Positions 40,457 to 53,471 of a DNA stretch of 64,000 nucleotides are shown piece by piece. A program made the translations under genes and the position numbers. The stretch comes from Octopus sinensis (taxonomy: Eukaryota). The notes below the pieces were generated by a model. The model was not told the origin of the DNA, made no database searches, and worked only from the letters and a program-made list of their open reading frames with translations. Location of the stretch: positions 13,454,001 to 13,518,000 of the forward strand of contig NC_042998.1 in NCBI RefSeq assembly GCF_006345805.1, given 5' to 3'. Numbering within the stretch: the first letter of the stretch is position 1; each line of letters begins with the position of its first letter.

Positions 40457-40631
40457 GGTAGTAGTAGTGGTGGTAGTAGTAGTAGTAAGTAGTAGTAGTA
40501 GTAGTAGTGTGGTGGTAGTAGTAGTGGTGGTAGTAGTAGTAGTAATGGTAGTAGTAGTAGTAGTAGTAGTGGTAGTAGTAGTGGTGGTAGTAGTAGTAGT
40601 GGTGGAGGTAGTAGTAGTAGTGGTAGTAGTG

Positions 40632-40669
<38 letters not shown>

Positions 40670-40789
40670 GGTAGTAGTAGTGGTGGAGGTAGTAGTAGTA
40701 GTGGTAGTAGTAGTAGTAGTAGTAGCAGTAGTAATATTAGTAGTAGTAGTAGTAGTAGTAGTAGACGTGGTGGTAGTGGTAGTGTAGTG

Positions 40790-40844
<55 letters not shown>

Positions 40845-40862
40845 CAGCAGCAGTAGTAGCAG
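40372..40862. repeat. ~490-bp (GTA)n/(GTG)n trinucleotide repeat
   Basis: Direct reading; source of the poly-V/T/S/Y ORFs. Confidence 0.95.
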
Positions 40863-41739
40863 AGTATACAAGTTACATGAAGAAAGCGATGAGGGTGATC
40901 ATGAATCCTTACGGCAATAGAATAAGATAACAAGAGAAAAGTCACCCAATTTGAGAAAATATTTATTTCCCATGCATTTGCATGTGACTCGTGTGTTAGT
41001 TCGAATGCCAACTGGAGCTTATTTACTGTTTACATATCAGAGATCGAAAACGAATGAATGTATTCAGTAAAATATTATTACACATAGAATGTTCTGGCTT
41101 CGTACCAGAGTAAATAACAATTATTAACATTCATTACCCTAGTTTTGGCTCGTGCATTTCAAATACTTTCAAAATCCCTCTATACGCATGCGCACATGCG
41201 CACCAACAACACCTACGCATCAAGAAAAATATAGCAACCCAGAAAGCGAAAGCTAGTTTCAATAGTGTAATCTGATACATCGGACCAAATGTAATAGTAT
41301 TAATTTGGTGGCATAAGCGAGTGATGTCGGCATGTTTGGGTCGATAAATATTCTGATATACTGATTCAAATCTTTAGTCTATTGAAGATAAACATTCTAA
41401 TGAGATTTGTTCTGCATGAAAGGCGTCTATGCTATTGATTCCAGTTATAGATATCCGGGAACTTTGCCAGGCAAGGAGAATCATGGATTCATGAAAATAT
41501 AGCCAAACTTACTAAATACGAAATTTTGAATTTGGATAAAGTTCCATATGATGAATCATTGGTAACAGCTGCATTAAATATATTTATGTACTCTGTGGAG
41601 TTTGTCTCGAAAGAATCATGCACGAATACACTCGTAAATACAATGCAGGCACAAGCATACACAAGCGTCTGCATTCACACACACACACGTACTCAGGCGC
41701 ACATGTATATCTACCATTATATATGCATACGTATACGTA

Positions 41740-41769
41740 CATACATACATACATACATATACACACATA

Positions 41770-41859
<90 letters not shown>

Positions 41860-41862
41860 GTA

Positions 41863-41960
<98 letters not shown>

Positions 41961-42012
41961 TTATATACATATTATATATATATATATATGTATATATATT
42001 TATATACATATA

Positions 42013-42081
<69 letters not shown>

Positions 42082-42105
42082 ATGTATATATGTATATATA
42101 TATAC
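41740..42105. repeat. Long (TA)n/(TG)n microsatellite
   Basis: Direct reading. Confidence 0.95.
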
Positions 42106-43125
42106 CTACATACGGATATATGTTTTATAATAGCATTATTACGCTTATTTTACTATAGCAGATTATGTTTCTATGCAGATCAGGGATTGGAACGGCGAAT
42201 ATAAATATATGGTATCCAGAGCGAAGTTGTTTGTCTTATATGCATTTCCGTCCATTTTCATATTCTGTAAAGATCGAATTTGACATTAATCTTATGGGAC
42301 AGGTGATATAAATACCAGTCATGTACTATGATCGATATAATCTGCTTTTGAAACACACAATACTTATACGCACTTACACAGAGATACTATTGCTAATCTC
42401 TCAACGATTTCACTATATCCTAGCTTTATTATTAAGACCGTTCTTATCAAGTAAATCGGACGAAGGATTTAATTGGCAGCATCACTATGAATTTTTAGGC
42501 ATAAATTTATTGTTGGCTTCTGTATTGTTCCTTACTTTAAATCTTTCGACGGTCGAATTTGTCTTTCGGTATTCCGCGAAAGATTAAATGAAATGATTAA
42601 AAATGGTGTATCTGTTACTTTCAAAATATTTGACGAGTGTATTTTGTACGAAAACATCGGTGGCTATTTACGTTTTGAGCTCAAAACCCGTTGAGTTTAA
42701 CTTTTTACTTTTATTATCTGAGGATGATACAAAATTCACCAGTGGGTTAAACTTTCAGATATTTTCGAGTTACTGCTTCTCGTGTAATACGTGGCAGTAA
42801 TCTTATACTAGACAAATTGTTATGCAAGTGAAATGATCGGAATTAGAAAACATTTTGAGTAATAATAACGATACAAGGAGAAAAATTGATTTCCAGATGA
42901 AAAACATTCTGATATCAAAAATTCTAGCATAAAAGAATGTATATTTCTGCGTATCACACGCTTCCTGGCTTATATAATCTGTTATTTGATGCTGTACCCA
43001 CCAGAATGCCACAGATTGGGATTGAGGTTAAATGCTTGAATATTTTTATGCTACATTACTCCGACGTCATGGGGTTAAAATTTGGATCACTCAGTCATAA
43101 CATTTTAATTTTATTTTATATATAC

Positions 43126-43155
<30 letters not shown>

Positions 43156-43160
<5 letters not shown>

Positions 43161-43437
43161 AAATTTAGAGGACTGACCACTAAAGGTAGACAGCCTGTAT
43201 GCTAGATATAGACATCAAAATCGCTAAAGTTGTTTTTTACTGAATTTTTTCTTGAGAACACATTCTTCGTGGAAAATTGCATTTTGACGTATATATCTAG
43301 CATACAGGCTGTCTAATTTTAGAGGTCAGTCCATTAAATTTTGTATGTAAACATTTTTTTAATATTCGGATTTTTTAAAAATATGCTAGGCCACTGGTTT
43401 TTATAGATTAATATAAATTTCTACCCATATTTAATTT

Positions 43438-43440
<3 letters not shown>
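43156..43440 (+). mobile_element. Fold-back element in (TA)n (~68-bp inverted arms plus 3' extension)
   Basis: 43156-43224 (ATACAAAATTTAGAGGACTGACCACTAAAGGTAGACAGCCTGTATGCTAGATATAGACATCAAAA) is inverted relative to 43279-43346; (TA)n on both sides; relative at 24324-24600. Confidence 0.8.
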
Positions 43441-43489
<49 letters not shown>

Positions 43490-43808
43490 AACGTATATTT
43501 AGTGACCAGCAGAATGCGAACCAAGACCTATATCAGCGGCTGTACAATTAATGAGAATAAAAAAAACCTGGACATCCGTAGATAATTTATATGTAATCAA
43601 TTCAGAAAGTGGATGACAAAACTAACTATAAAACGTCTTCGGAACACATTAAACTTTCGTTTTTGAAGTAAGTTACACTTCATACTCGTTTGCGAAAAGG
43701 TGCTTCTGTGTGGAAATTACGTTATTGATCGAATTCTTTATATCATTAAATGATTTAGTATTCATCATTTAAGAATCAGTTCCTCATCATGTTCCCATTC
43801 TCAAAGAG

Positions 43809-44074
43809 TGTTATATCGCAATACTACACAGTCGCTATGTGAGCTACGAAATACCAGTAGCCACTATTACGTCGCACGTTTGGATGTTTTCTACTCAACG
43901 CGACTCCACTCTTCTCTACTCTGACTGCTACTCAACTCGTACTCGGCTCGACTCTGACTAGTCTACGACTTATTTCTTTATTTCGACTCTGACTAGTCTA
44001 CGACTGGTAGACATCTCCCTCTATATCTACGTATGGGCTTGTCTACTTCATCGTCTGGGGGCGTCTACGCAACA
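43809..44074. mobile_element. Solo LTR
   Basis: TGTT...AACA termini; flanks AAGAG/AAGAA (5-bp TSD with one mismatch); homologous to 62439-62674. Confidence 0.75.
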
Positions 44075-44350
44075 AAGAAGCAACTAAATTATTATTTGAA
44101 GTGTTTTGAAAAGTGAAATTATTATTCACGAGAGGTAAACATTTTATTTGTTATCGTTTTAGCGACAAAAGAAAGTCAACACTTTTCATATCGAACTGAA
44201 CAAAAGACAGAGCAGTAAAATTTTGTGCATTCTGGCAAAATTGTAAGAACATTTCAACTGTGAAGTTTGAACTCGATTTCTTCAAATGAAGATCAGACTG
44301 TGCAAATCTCTACAATCATCTTTATAAGGATGAAGAAATTGGAGTAAATA

Positions 44351-45584
44351 TCAGGTCATCCCATAAGTTCTGTCCTAATTTTGAATAACAAAAACAAGTA
44401 ATCAAATGTTATATTTAATTGAAATTTAATCATCAATTTACCAGCTTTTTAATCCCATCACTATAAAATTCTTTTGGATTCAAGGCGAAGAATTCAGAAA
44501 TGTCAATTTCGACCTCCTCCGGGCTTGCGAAGGTTATATCCCCAAAAGATTCTGTAAACTACGAAACAAATGGTAGTCTGAAGGAGCAACGTCGAGAGAA
44601 TAAGTTTCAACCAAGCTCTTTGATCTTCTGTGATGTGATCTTTGCAGTGTTGATTCACGCATTGTTCTGATGAAACATTACTCCTTTTCGATTCACTAAA
44701 GCGGGTCTTCTTTTCTTCAAAGCTTGGTTCAAACGCTTTAATTGCTGACAGTAGACTTGAGCATTGATAGTTGCATTAAGTGGTAACATTTCAAAGTGAA
44801 TTACTCCTTTGAAATCCGGCCAGATAGAGAGAAGAACCTTTTCCCATTAAGTTCCCTTCTCGGTTGTTGTTAAGTTTTTTCCCTTTTACCAAGCCACTAT
44901 TTACGACGTTTAACATTTCGATAGAAGATCCATTTTTCTTCACCAGTCACAAGTTATCCAAACAGGGTGAAATGAGTTCGCGATAATGGAGAGAAGAACA
45001 GATGTCAACTGGAGATTTGTGTTTGCCCTCGGACAATTCATGAGGCACCCATTTTCCAAGTTTAGGAAGCTTTCCAAGTTGTTGGAGATGACGATGAACA
45101 GTTTTATCGTTTGAGCTAAGTTTCATTTCCAATTATTCAACTGATAATGCAGGATTCTCTAAAAGTAATGCCTCAAGGAGCTTGTCATAAAACCCAATTG
45201 AACATCCTGTTCAATCTTCATCTTCGAGGCTGAAATCTCCACTTCTGAATTTTGCAAACCATCTTCTGCAAGTTTTTTCATTCAAGCATTCTTTCCCATA
45301 AACTGAGTGTATGTTTCGAGGCGCTTCGGCTGCAAAGTTCTTTTTTTTTTTGTACTCATAAAGCATTATGTACCTTAAATGTTCTTTGGATACTTCCATG
45401 TTAGAAAGGTTTTTAATCAAAGAAATTTTAATTCTATTATTTCTTTAAAATAATATTTAACTAGTTTAAATGTACACAAATGCATAAAAATAATTTTTAA
45501 TTCCATAAGGCATTCTAAAATACTATTAAATTTCATACAAATTTAAGAAAGATAAAATCGGAGAGAAATAATGGAATGACTTGA
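44351..45584 (-). mobile_element. Mariner (Tc1/mariner) transposon, near full length, inactive
   Basis: Diverged TIRs TCAGGTCATCCCATAAGTTCTGTCC / TCAAGTCATTCCATTATTTCTCTCC flanked by TA; internal transposase remnant. Confidence 0.92.
44420..45399 (-). pseudogene. Mariner transposase pseudogene
   Basis: MEVSKEHLRYIMLYEY...RRWFAKFRSGDFSLED, GKWVPHEL, TGEEKWIFY, FHQNNA, DVAPSDYHLFRSLQN; multiple frameshifts and stops. Confidence 0.92.
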
Positions 45585-47155
45585 TACTTGACACCTTATA
45601 GTTTCGTATGATAAATCATAATAAATTTTGTTGATGCTACCTCATGATTCCTTCTATATAGATACAACTATTCCACGATGAAGACGAATGGTAAAAGTGA
45701 TTCAATGATGAACATAGCAAAGAATATGCTACTATAGATTTACTACAGATAATGTAGCGTATATTCACTTTATTAAATCTTATAAAAAAATCTTAAGGAT
45801 ACAAGTTTTTGTGATTTCATCAAACTTTTGCTGCACCCTACATGAAGGATGTGCGCGTCTCTAACTAATAGTGTACTTATGCGTTAGAAACGTATAACCA
45901 TTACATTCAAACTACTTATAAAACGCATCATATCAGATAAACGTGATGACGGTTTGAAGATTTATAAATTCAGACTCAGGGGAAATTAGGATTTAGCATA
46001 GCCATTAGTGTAATTCGAGATACAAATAAGCCACTGCACAAAATTTATCAATATTGAAATGATATTCTTTGAAAATGTCCCAAGAAAACTTAGACGAAGT
46101 TAAATTATTTTCTGAAACGTCTGCTAGTATTTAATGCATTTATACCGTCTCTCTCAGATATTATTACTATCTCAACACCTTCCTTGAATTCTAATGATAA
46201 TTACTAGCAAATTTAATTAAGACAAATTCTATTTACAGCAGTTATGTCTAACCTTGTGACTTCTTTTACACTTAAACCATTCGCACTGTCTACCAAGTTA
46301 AACTTTACTTCGTCTTGTAATCACTTTTACCGCATTAACTGTTTATTGGTAAATGCATGAACAGAATACTAAGAGAATAAAGCATACATATCAGGAATTA
46401 AATTGAGGCGAAAATTAATCATAGGAACAAAAAAAGAAGCTGAATTAAAATTTCGTTACCTCTTTATCTCCATTCTTGATTGTATAGCCGAAATCTAAAT
46501 AAGTATTGCCGTAAGTGTTATAATTGATGCAGAAATTCATTTACGCCATTATTTGATTTTCATTGTTTAATCGAATGTACTTGGTTGTATTTATTCTAAA
46601 TACTAAACCACACATTCTTTACAACTAAATTCGATTGTTTACATTTATTGGAAAAGTTTTGTTAAGCGTAAAATGTTTTTGTGCTGTAGTTCTGAGTAGA
46701 ACAAGAAGCAAATTCGACCAAATTTTCATGAAGTATTTCACATGAATGCATCGCAATAATCACATTTTAAGAAGTGATACCTTTACAGGATTGCTAGTTG
46801 ATATTACTGTATAAATTCATTTCGCCATGCAAACCATTATGAAATATATGGAATGAGGAGAGAGTTTAAACTGAGTCTAAACCAAAGAGATATACATCAA
46901 AGATATTCCAGAATATTTACAATACGCAATGTTGCTCCGATGGAGAATAGAATTGCCAGCGGCAAAAATATATAATCAAAATCCGGTTTACTGGAAACCT
47001 AGGATCGTAGAATGCATTAAATTGTCTTTCTATTAAAAGTTGTATTAACTTCAACATTAAAGATAGTTTAAAATCAACGATTGCAGAATGGTTGAGGAGA
47101 TTAATACATCAATGAAGTTATATTACATTCATATATATGCATGCATATATATATA

Positions 47156-47201
<46 letters not shown>

Positions 47202-47810
47202 GTATACATATATAGTTGTATATATAAATCTGCAACAATGGGAAATATAGATATCTATTTTAATTCTTCTATCTCAAAAATATATGCAAATATATTTGTT
47301 TCTGTTGTATTATATATTTGCTATTCTATTTTAATGCATTGGCAGAACAGCTACAAACACATTTATATATACGCGCACACATGATTTCGTACACACATAT
47401 GCATTCCTATATAAATATATATATATCCTAGATCAAAAATAGTATTGTTCTCCTAACGTATGAGATGTAGCCATTTGCATGTGCGTACCCAACATCTCAT
47501 CGAAGTCCCACAGTTTGTGGGCTCACATTCATACATGCATATGTCTGCATTGTTGTTCAAACGATGAATAGCTATGCGTAAAACATTGATTCGTTTTGTA
47601 CTCTTACTTTATTATCATCTTATGATCAACTCATAATAATGACCTTTTTGACTCGTATTACTGCCTCAGTCAATCTAAATGTATATATTTGTCGTTACCT
47701 GTCATAAATAGCCTTTTTCTATTTGCAATATGCATATTCGTTGATTTTTTCATAATTTACCCTTACATTTCCACGTGTATTTTATATTTTCGTTTCGTAA
47801 CATATTTGTA

Positions 47811-47890
47811 CTATATATATATATATAGATATATATATATTATATATATATATATATACACATATATATATATATATGTATATATATAAT

Positions 47891-47921
<31 letters not shown>

Positions 47922-47955
47922 CTATATATATATATATTATATATATAATATACAC

Positions 47956-48003
<48 letters not shown>

Positions 48004-48444
48004 ATATATATATATATATAATATATATATATATACATATATATGTGTGTGTGTGTGTGTGTGTCAACATACACACACGTATGTACGTATACGCATGCGT
48101 ACAACTCATTCCTGTATGACTATGAACCCTAAAACTGGAATTTCGAAAGGGAGTTTGGGTACGCACATACAAATTGGTGCATCTCATACGATAGAAGGAC
48201 AAAAACATTTTCGATCTAGGATTTATATATATTTATATGTGAATGCTTATGCGTGTACGTAAGCATGTGTGGGCGTATATATGAATGTGTTTGTAGGTAT
48301 CCTGCCAATTCATAAAAATAGAATGGCAAAGATATAATATGGAAACCAATATATTTGCATATATTTTTGAGATTGAATTAAAATAGATATCTATATTCCT
48401 CATTGTCTCAAACTTCCTCTTACTCTCGTTTACCCTCTCATGTA

Positions 48445-48488
<44 letters not shown>

Positions 48489-48841
48489 AATTGCTGTTAT
48501 TCCTTTATTCTTTATCTCTCTGAATGTTCTTTTTGTATAAATGCATACATACACACACACACACATATATATATAATATATATATAAACATATATATATA
48601 TATATATACGTATATATATATATATGTATATACATGTGTGTGCGTGTGCTTGTGAGTGCATGTGTGTATGTATATGTGCATGAATAAATATATATGTATA
48701 TATATATATATATATATACATGAATGTAAAAATATATATATGCGTACTTGTATGTATGCGATCGTATGCTTACTTATCATTTTTATATATATATATATAT
48801 ATATATAAATATGTATATATGTATATATGTATATATGTATG

Positions 48842-48893
<52 letters not shown>

Positions 48894-49350
48894 TATGTAT
48901 GTATGTATTTATATATATGTATAAACCTACTAAAAGTTTGGACTTTATGATGAACACTGGATGCAAATCGAATTCGAAAGCGCAATAAATATATAAAAAA
49001 GTATTAAGACGATAAATAGCATTTGACCTAATGAGAGATACTGTGTATATCGTCAAAAAGCACCAGAAGAATATTAATAAATATAATTAGACGCGAGACG
49101 AGGCTAATATATATTGATAAAGATTTATCAGAAGACAATATAGAAAGAGAAGAATTTTTTTTAATATTCATCACAAAAACGTAGATCGATCTCTCACCCT
49201 TTGATTTTTCCCAACATCAAACGTACACGATGAAGGAATAAATGCTATTATAAGAAAGAAAAAATATTATTAATTTTATCATGAAAAGATGCAAGCCTAA
49301 TCTAACAAATACATTTATAGACTTCCATATTAATATGCGTATATATGTGC

Positions 49351-49425
<75 letters not shown>

Positions 49426-49459
49426 ATATATATACATGTATACATACACACACTCAAAT

Positions 49460-49492
<33 letters not shown>

Positions 49493-49498
49493 AGTGTG

Positions 49499-49552
<54 letters not shown>

Positions 49553-49970
49553 CACACACACACACACATATATACATATATAGAGAGATATATACTTAGG
49601 CACCTATGTATGCATACATTAGAGTATATAACATGTATAAGTATACGTATACGCTTATTTATGCATATTTATCTGTATCTATTATCCATATATATATATA
49701 TATTATATATATACATATGCATTCGTGTGTGTGCGTAAGTTGCGGATTTATCACCACATACATTGGCACGTATATATGCGCATATTCTGTTATGTATCAG
49801 ATATAAGAATATGAAATATATATGCATATACACTAAAGTATGGGGATATGCATATACATATATATGTACATATAATCGATATACATATATATATTTGTAT
49901 ATATATATAAGTTGATATATATATATACACACACACACACATATATATATATATATGTATGTATGTATCA
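47811..49970. repeat. Cluster of (TA)n, (CA)n and (CT)n microsatellites
   Basis: Direct reading; several tracts separated by short unique spacers. Confidence 0.85.
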
Positions 49971-51693
49971 GTATCCACTTATATATACATGTTTGTGAAG
50001 TTGTGTGTTTTGTCTTTGTGGTTTTGTATATGTGTATGTTTACCATTAAGTGTTGGCTCCTGCAAAGACATTTATACTTTAGGACAGAAAAATATATCTG
50101 TTTTTTTTTTTCCTTGCTCACCTTTTATCCAAGTTTATATTAGTTTCTTTTTTTTTCCGCCTTTGCTAATAATTTTTAAAATATTAAAATATTTTCCAAT
50201 GAATTAACTTCCTGCAGGTAATATAATAATAAACTTTATGTATATCTTCGTACCGACCAAATATGAATAAACGTTTGTTGAATATTACTTTCATCACTAT
50301 TCCTCTTTATAATTCTCTTTTATATATTTTAATATATTCCGCTAAGAAATGTGATTTACACATAATTATAGGATATTTTAGTTTAGGTGATGAAGATTTT
50401 GTATTGACGAGTTATATTCTTAATATCTAAGAAAATCTTCATAATAGCAGTGTGTTGTCTGCTAACACATAACCTTGTAGATTGTTCAGTTTTTTCGAAA
50501 CATGAAACACGTGTTTGCTTCAACAAACAAACACCAACGTTTATATATATTTTTTATACTAATACGCAAAGCAACAATCGTAGCCTATAACACAAACATC
50601 ATTAGAAACGACTTATCTAAAGGTACAGCCAATATTCTTTATATTGTAATGTGAGAGTGGTGCTATCCGTTCGGTGAGGTTTCGCGCAATAGCTTCGGAC
50701 GTAGTTGAGTAATTTCGATACTTGAAACGTTTTCTACTGCTAACATCACTCATCATAACCATTAACATAGCGATGGAACAAAATGCAAAGCACGAAAACA
50801 AAAGTAAAGCGATGAACCAGGACAAAGAACTTTCAAACCTTTACATTAAAATTCCACAAGGTACATAAATATAACTAGTGTTCAGGGGACTTACTTTATG
50901 AATTACATTTTATTAAAATGTTAAATATTAATCAGCTAGATTCACTTTAACACCCAAAATTAGATCTATCAAAACTATCGCATATCAATTGAACTCTACA
51001 TTTTACATCAACTAGGAGAAATGTTTTTCAATGCTGTAAAACTTCCAAGTAATATGTCAGAGTTGATGTTACATAGAAAACCTCATTGTAAATTTCGTCG
51101 TTGAAAATGACCTCTAACATGCTAAGGAGTAATCTTTTAGCTGAGCAAACCGTAAGTAAAGCATCGCATCGAAACTGGAATAATTCTTCTTGTACATATT
51201 TAGCGTCAGATGTAGCATCAGGAAGACTGTAATTCCGTCGTGTAATTGAATGGACAGATTCGATCGTTTAGTTTCAAAGTATTATCGGCAAGATGTGACA
51301 CTATTTGGTTTCTCTTTACCTCAATGCAGCAATCTTATGAGCAACGTTACAGCAGCCATAATCGTTCCATTTTACAGAAATATTATCTCAAGAGATATAT
51401 TAATGGTACAAGCAATAGCTAGACGAAACTCAGGTTTTGAGTTAGAAGGGGTTTGAGTGTTGCTTACAGTTCTAAGATCACCATGTTGTTCAAAGCTAAA
51501 TAGGGAAGCCATGAGGCGTAAAATAACGACGAAGAGTCTTATCAAAATTCCCATTGACATTGTCAATACGCCTACGCACATCTCATTGGCAACAAATTAC
51601 GTGCGCGTCAGTTTCAGTCGGCCGTTTGCTTCCATTCAATGTTCTTTGCGTATAATTATATATGTTTATATGTGGGAGTGCTTGCAAGATATT

Positions 51694-51898
51694 CTTTTCT
51701 ACTCCAGGCACAAGGGTTAAAAATATTGGGCAGGTGTCAGTCAATAAATCCGGCCCTAGTACACAACTGGTCCTTAATTTATCGTCCCCTGACCGATGAA
51801 AGGCAAAGCCGACCTCGGCGAATTTTGATCTAGCAACGTAAAGACAGACGCAAAACCACTAAGCATGGCGTGGTAACATTTCTGGCAGCTCACCGCCT
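51694..51898 (-). mobile_element. SINE family A copy with ~17-bp target-site duplication
   Basis: Family A body; flanks AGTGCTTGCAAGATATT (51677-51693) and AGTGATTCCAAGATATT (51899-51915), two mismatches. Confidence 0.85.
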
Positions 51899-52230
51899 AG
51901 TGATTCCAAGATATTATCCCTGTACGTACACTACATGATATATATATATATATATCTATATATGTATCTCTCGCTCTCTCTATATATATATAGAAATATA
52001 TATAATATATATATATATATATAATATATATATAATATATATATATATATAATAATAAATATTAGGGAATAAATCCAAATTTACAGGGAAAAAATCAGAT
52101 TTAGGATTAAAATCCCATTTTATAGTAAAATATTATAAAATATTATTAGAGACAAAACCACTATTTTGCAAAACAAACAAGGAAAGACTTAATCAATACA
52201 TAAAATTTTAATAAATAGTAAAAAAAACCG

Positions 52231-52273
52231 CCACTACAATCGTTTCTTGTCTTGATCGACAATCTTCAGGTGG
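52231..52273 (-). ncRNA. Canonical type I hammerhead ribozyme (identical to 33409-33451)
   Basis: Reverse complement reads CCACCTGAAGATTGTCGATCAAGACAAGAAACGATTGTAGTGG. Confidence 0.85.
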
Positions 52274-53471
52274 ACTTCCAATCTAAAAAATCAAAATTTT
52301 AAAATATAAAAATAATAATTTTAAAATAATTAAAGTATGAATGAAAAAATATAAGTATATAATCATATATAACCTATATATAATCCATATATAATCAATA
52401 TATAAACAATATATAAACTAAAAAAAACCTATCAACAATTAAATATAAAATATAAAATATAAAATATAAAATATAAAATATAAAACAAAACAAAAAATAA
52501 AAAATAATAATAATATAATAATAAACTATATATACACCCATACACATATACCTAATTATATATGACCATCTAACTACATACACTAAATCACACACCTATA
52601 TATATCCCCATACATACACATAAAAACGTCTAGGCAACTATAAATAAATAAAATAGCTAAATACTTCACACAATACTTATTCATACTCCCACACACACAC
52701 ACATACAACCCACATTCACGCTCTAGAAAACGGACATCACTCAAAACTATGAACGGAGAATGGAATAAATGGAATTAAAAATTATATTCACTGGTAAAAC
52801 GAACACTACTTAAAAATTATGAATGAAACAATGCAATAAAACAACAGACATCGCAAATAGACACAAATTACTACGAATTCCTTAACAAACCTACCATGAT
52901 AAACCAAAACTCATAAAAACATATAATGATAAAATCTCCCTTTACTAAACTCTAAAACAAACCTATATAGCAATCCCCCTAACCTAAACATTCACACACA
53001 AATACACACACGTAAAACACACACCCACGACATATACAATACCCACACCACTTACACATACCAATACATACATATAAACCTCAACATATACTCCAAAAAC
53101 CACTCAACCCCACACAGACAATAAACACAAAAATTATGAATGGATTCTTTTATAAAACTACCATGATAAGCTAAAACTCACAAAACAGAAATGATAAAAC
53201 CTCCCTTTACTAAACACTATAACATACTTATATAGCAATCCCTTTAACCTATACATTCACACACAAAAACTCACACGTAAACCACACACCATAAAAAATA
53301 CAAACACCCCCCCACTCACACACACCACAAGTACATATAAGCCTCAACATATACACCAAACAAAATTACTTTACCAAGGAACTTAACATATGTATAAAAA
53401 GTATAACCGCTCTCGAAACGAACATCTCTAAAATAATGAATGGAGAAATGGAATAAATGGAATAAAAATAA

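Noticed and set aside
40355-41011. Longest ORFs (poly-T/V/Y/S; mucin-like appearance)
   Set aside because: They are translations of a (GTA)n/(GTG)n microsatellite with internal frame shifts and no splice or domain context.
51250-51456. RLVSKYYRQDVTLFGFSLP resembles the C-terminal Y..DF.LFGY motif of carbohydrate sulfotransferases
   Set aside because: An in-frame stop lies immediately upstream, there is no clear splice acceptor, and no other family motifs are nearby; likely coincidence.
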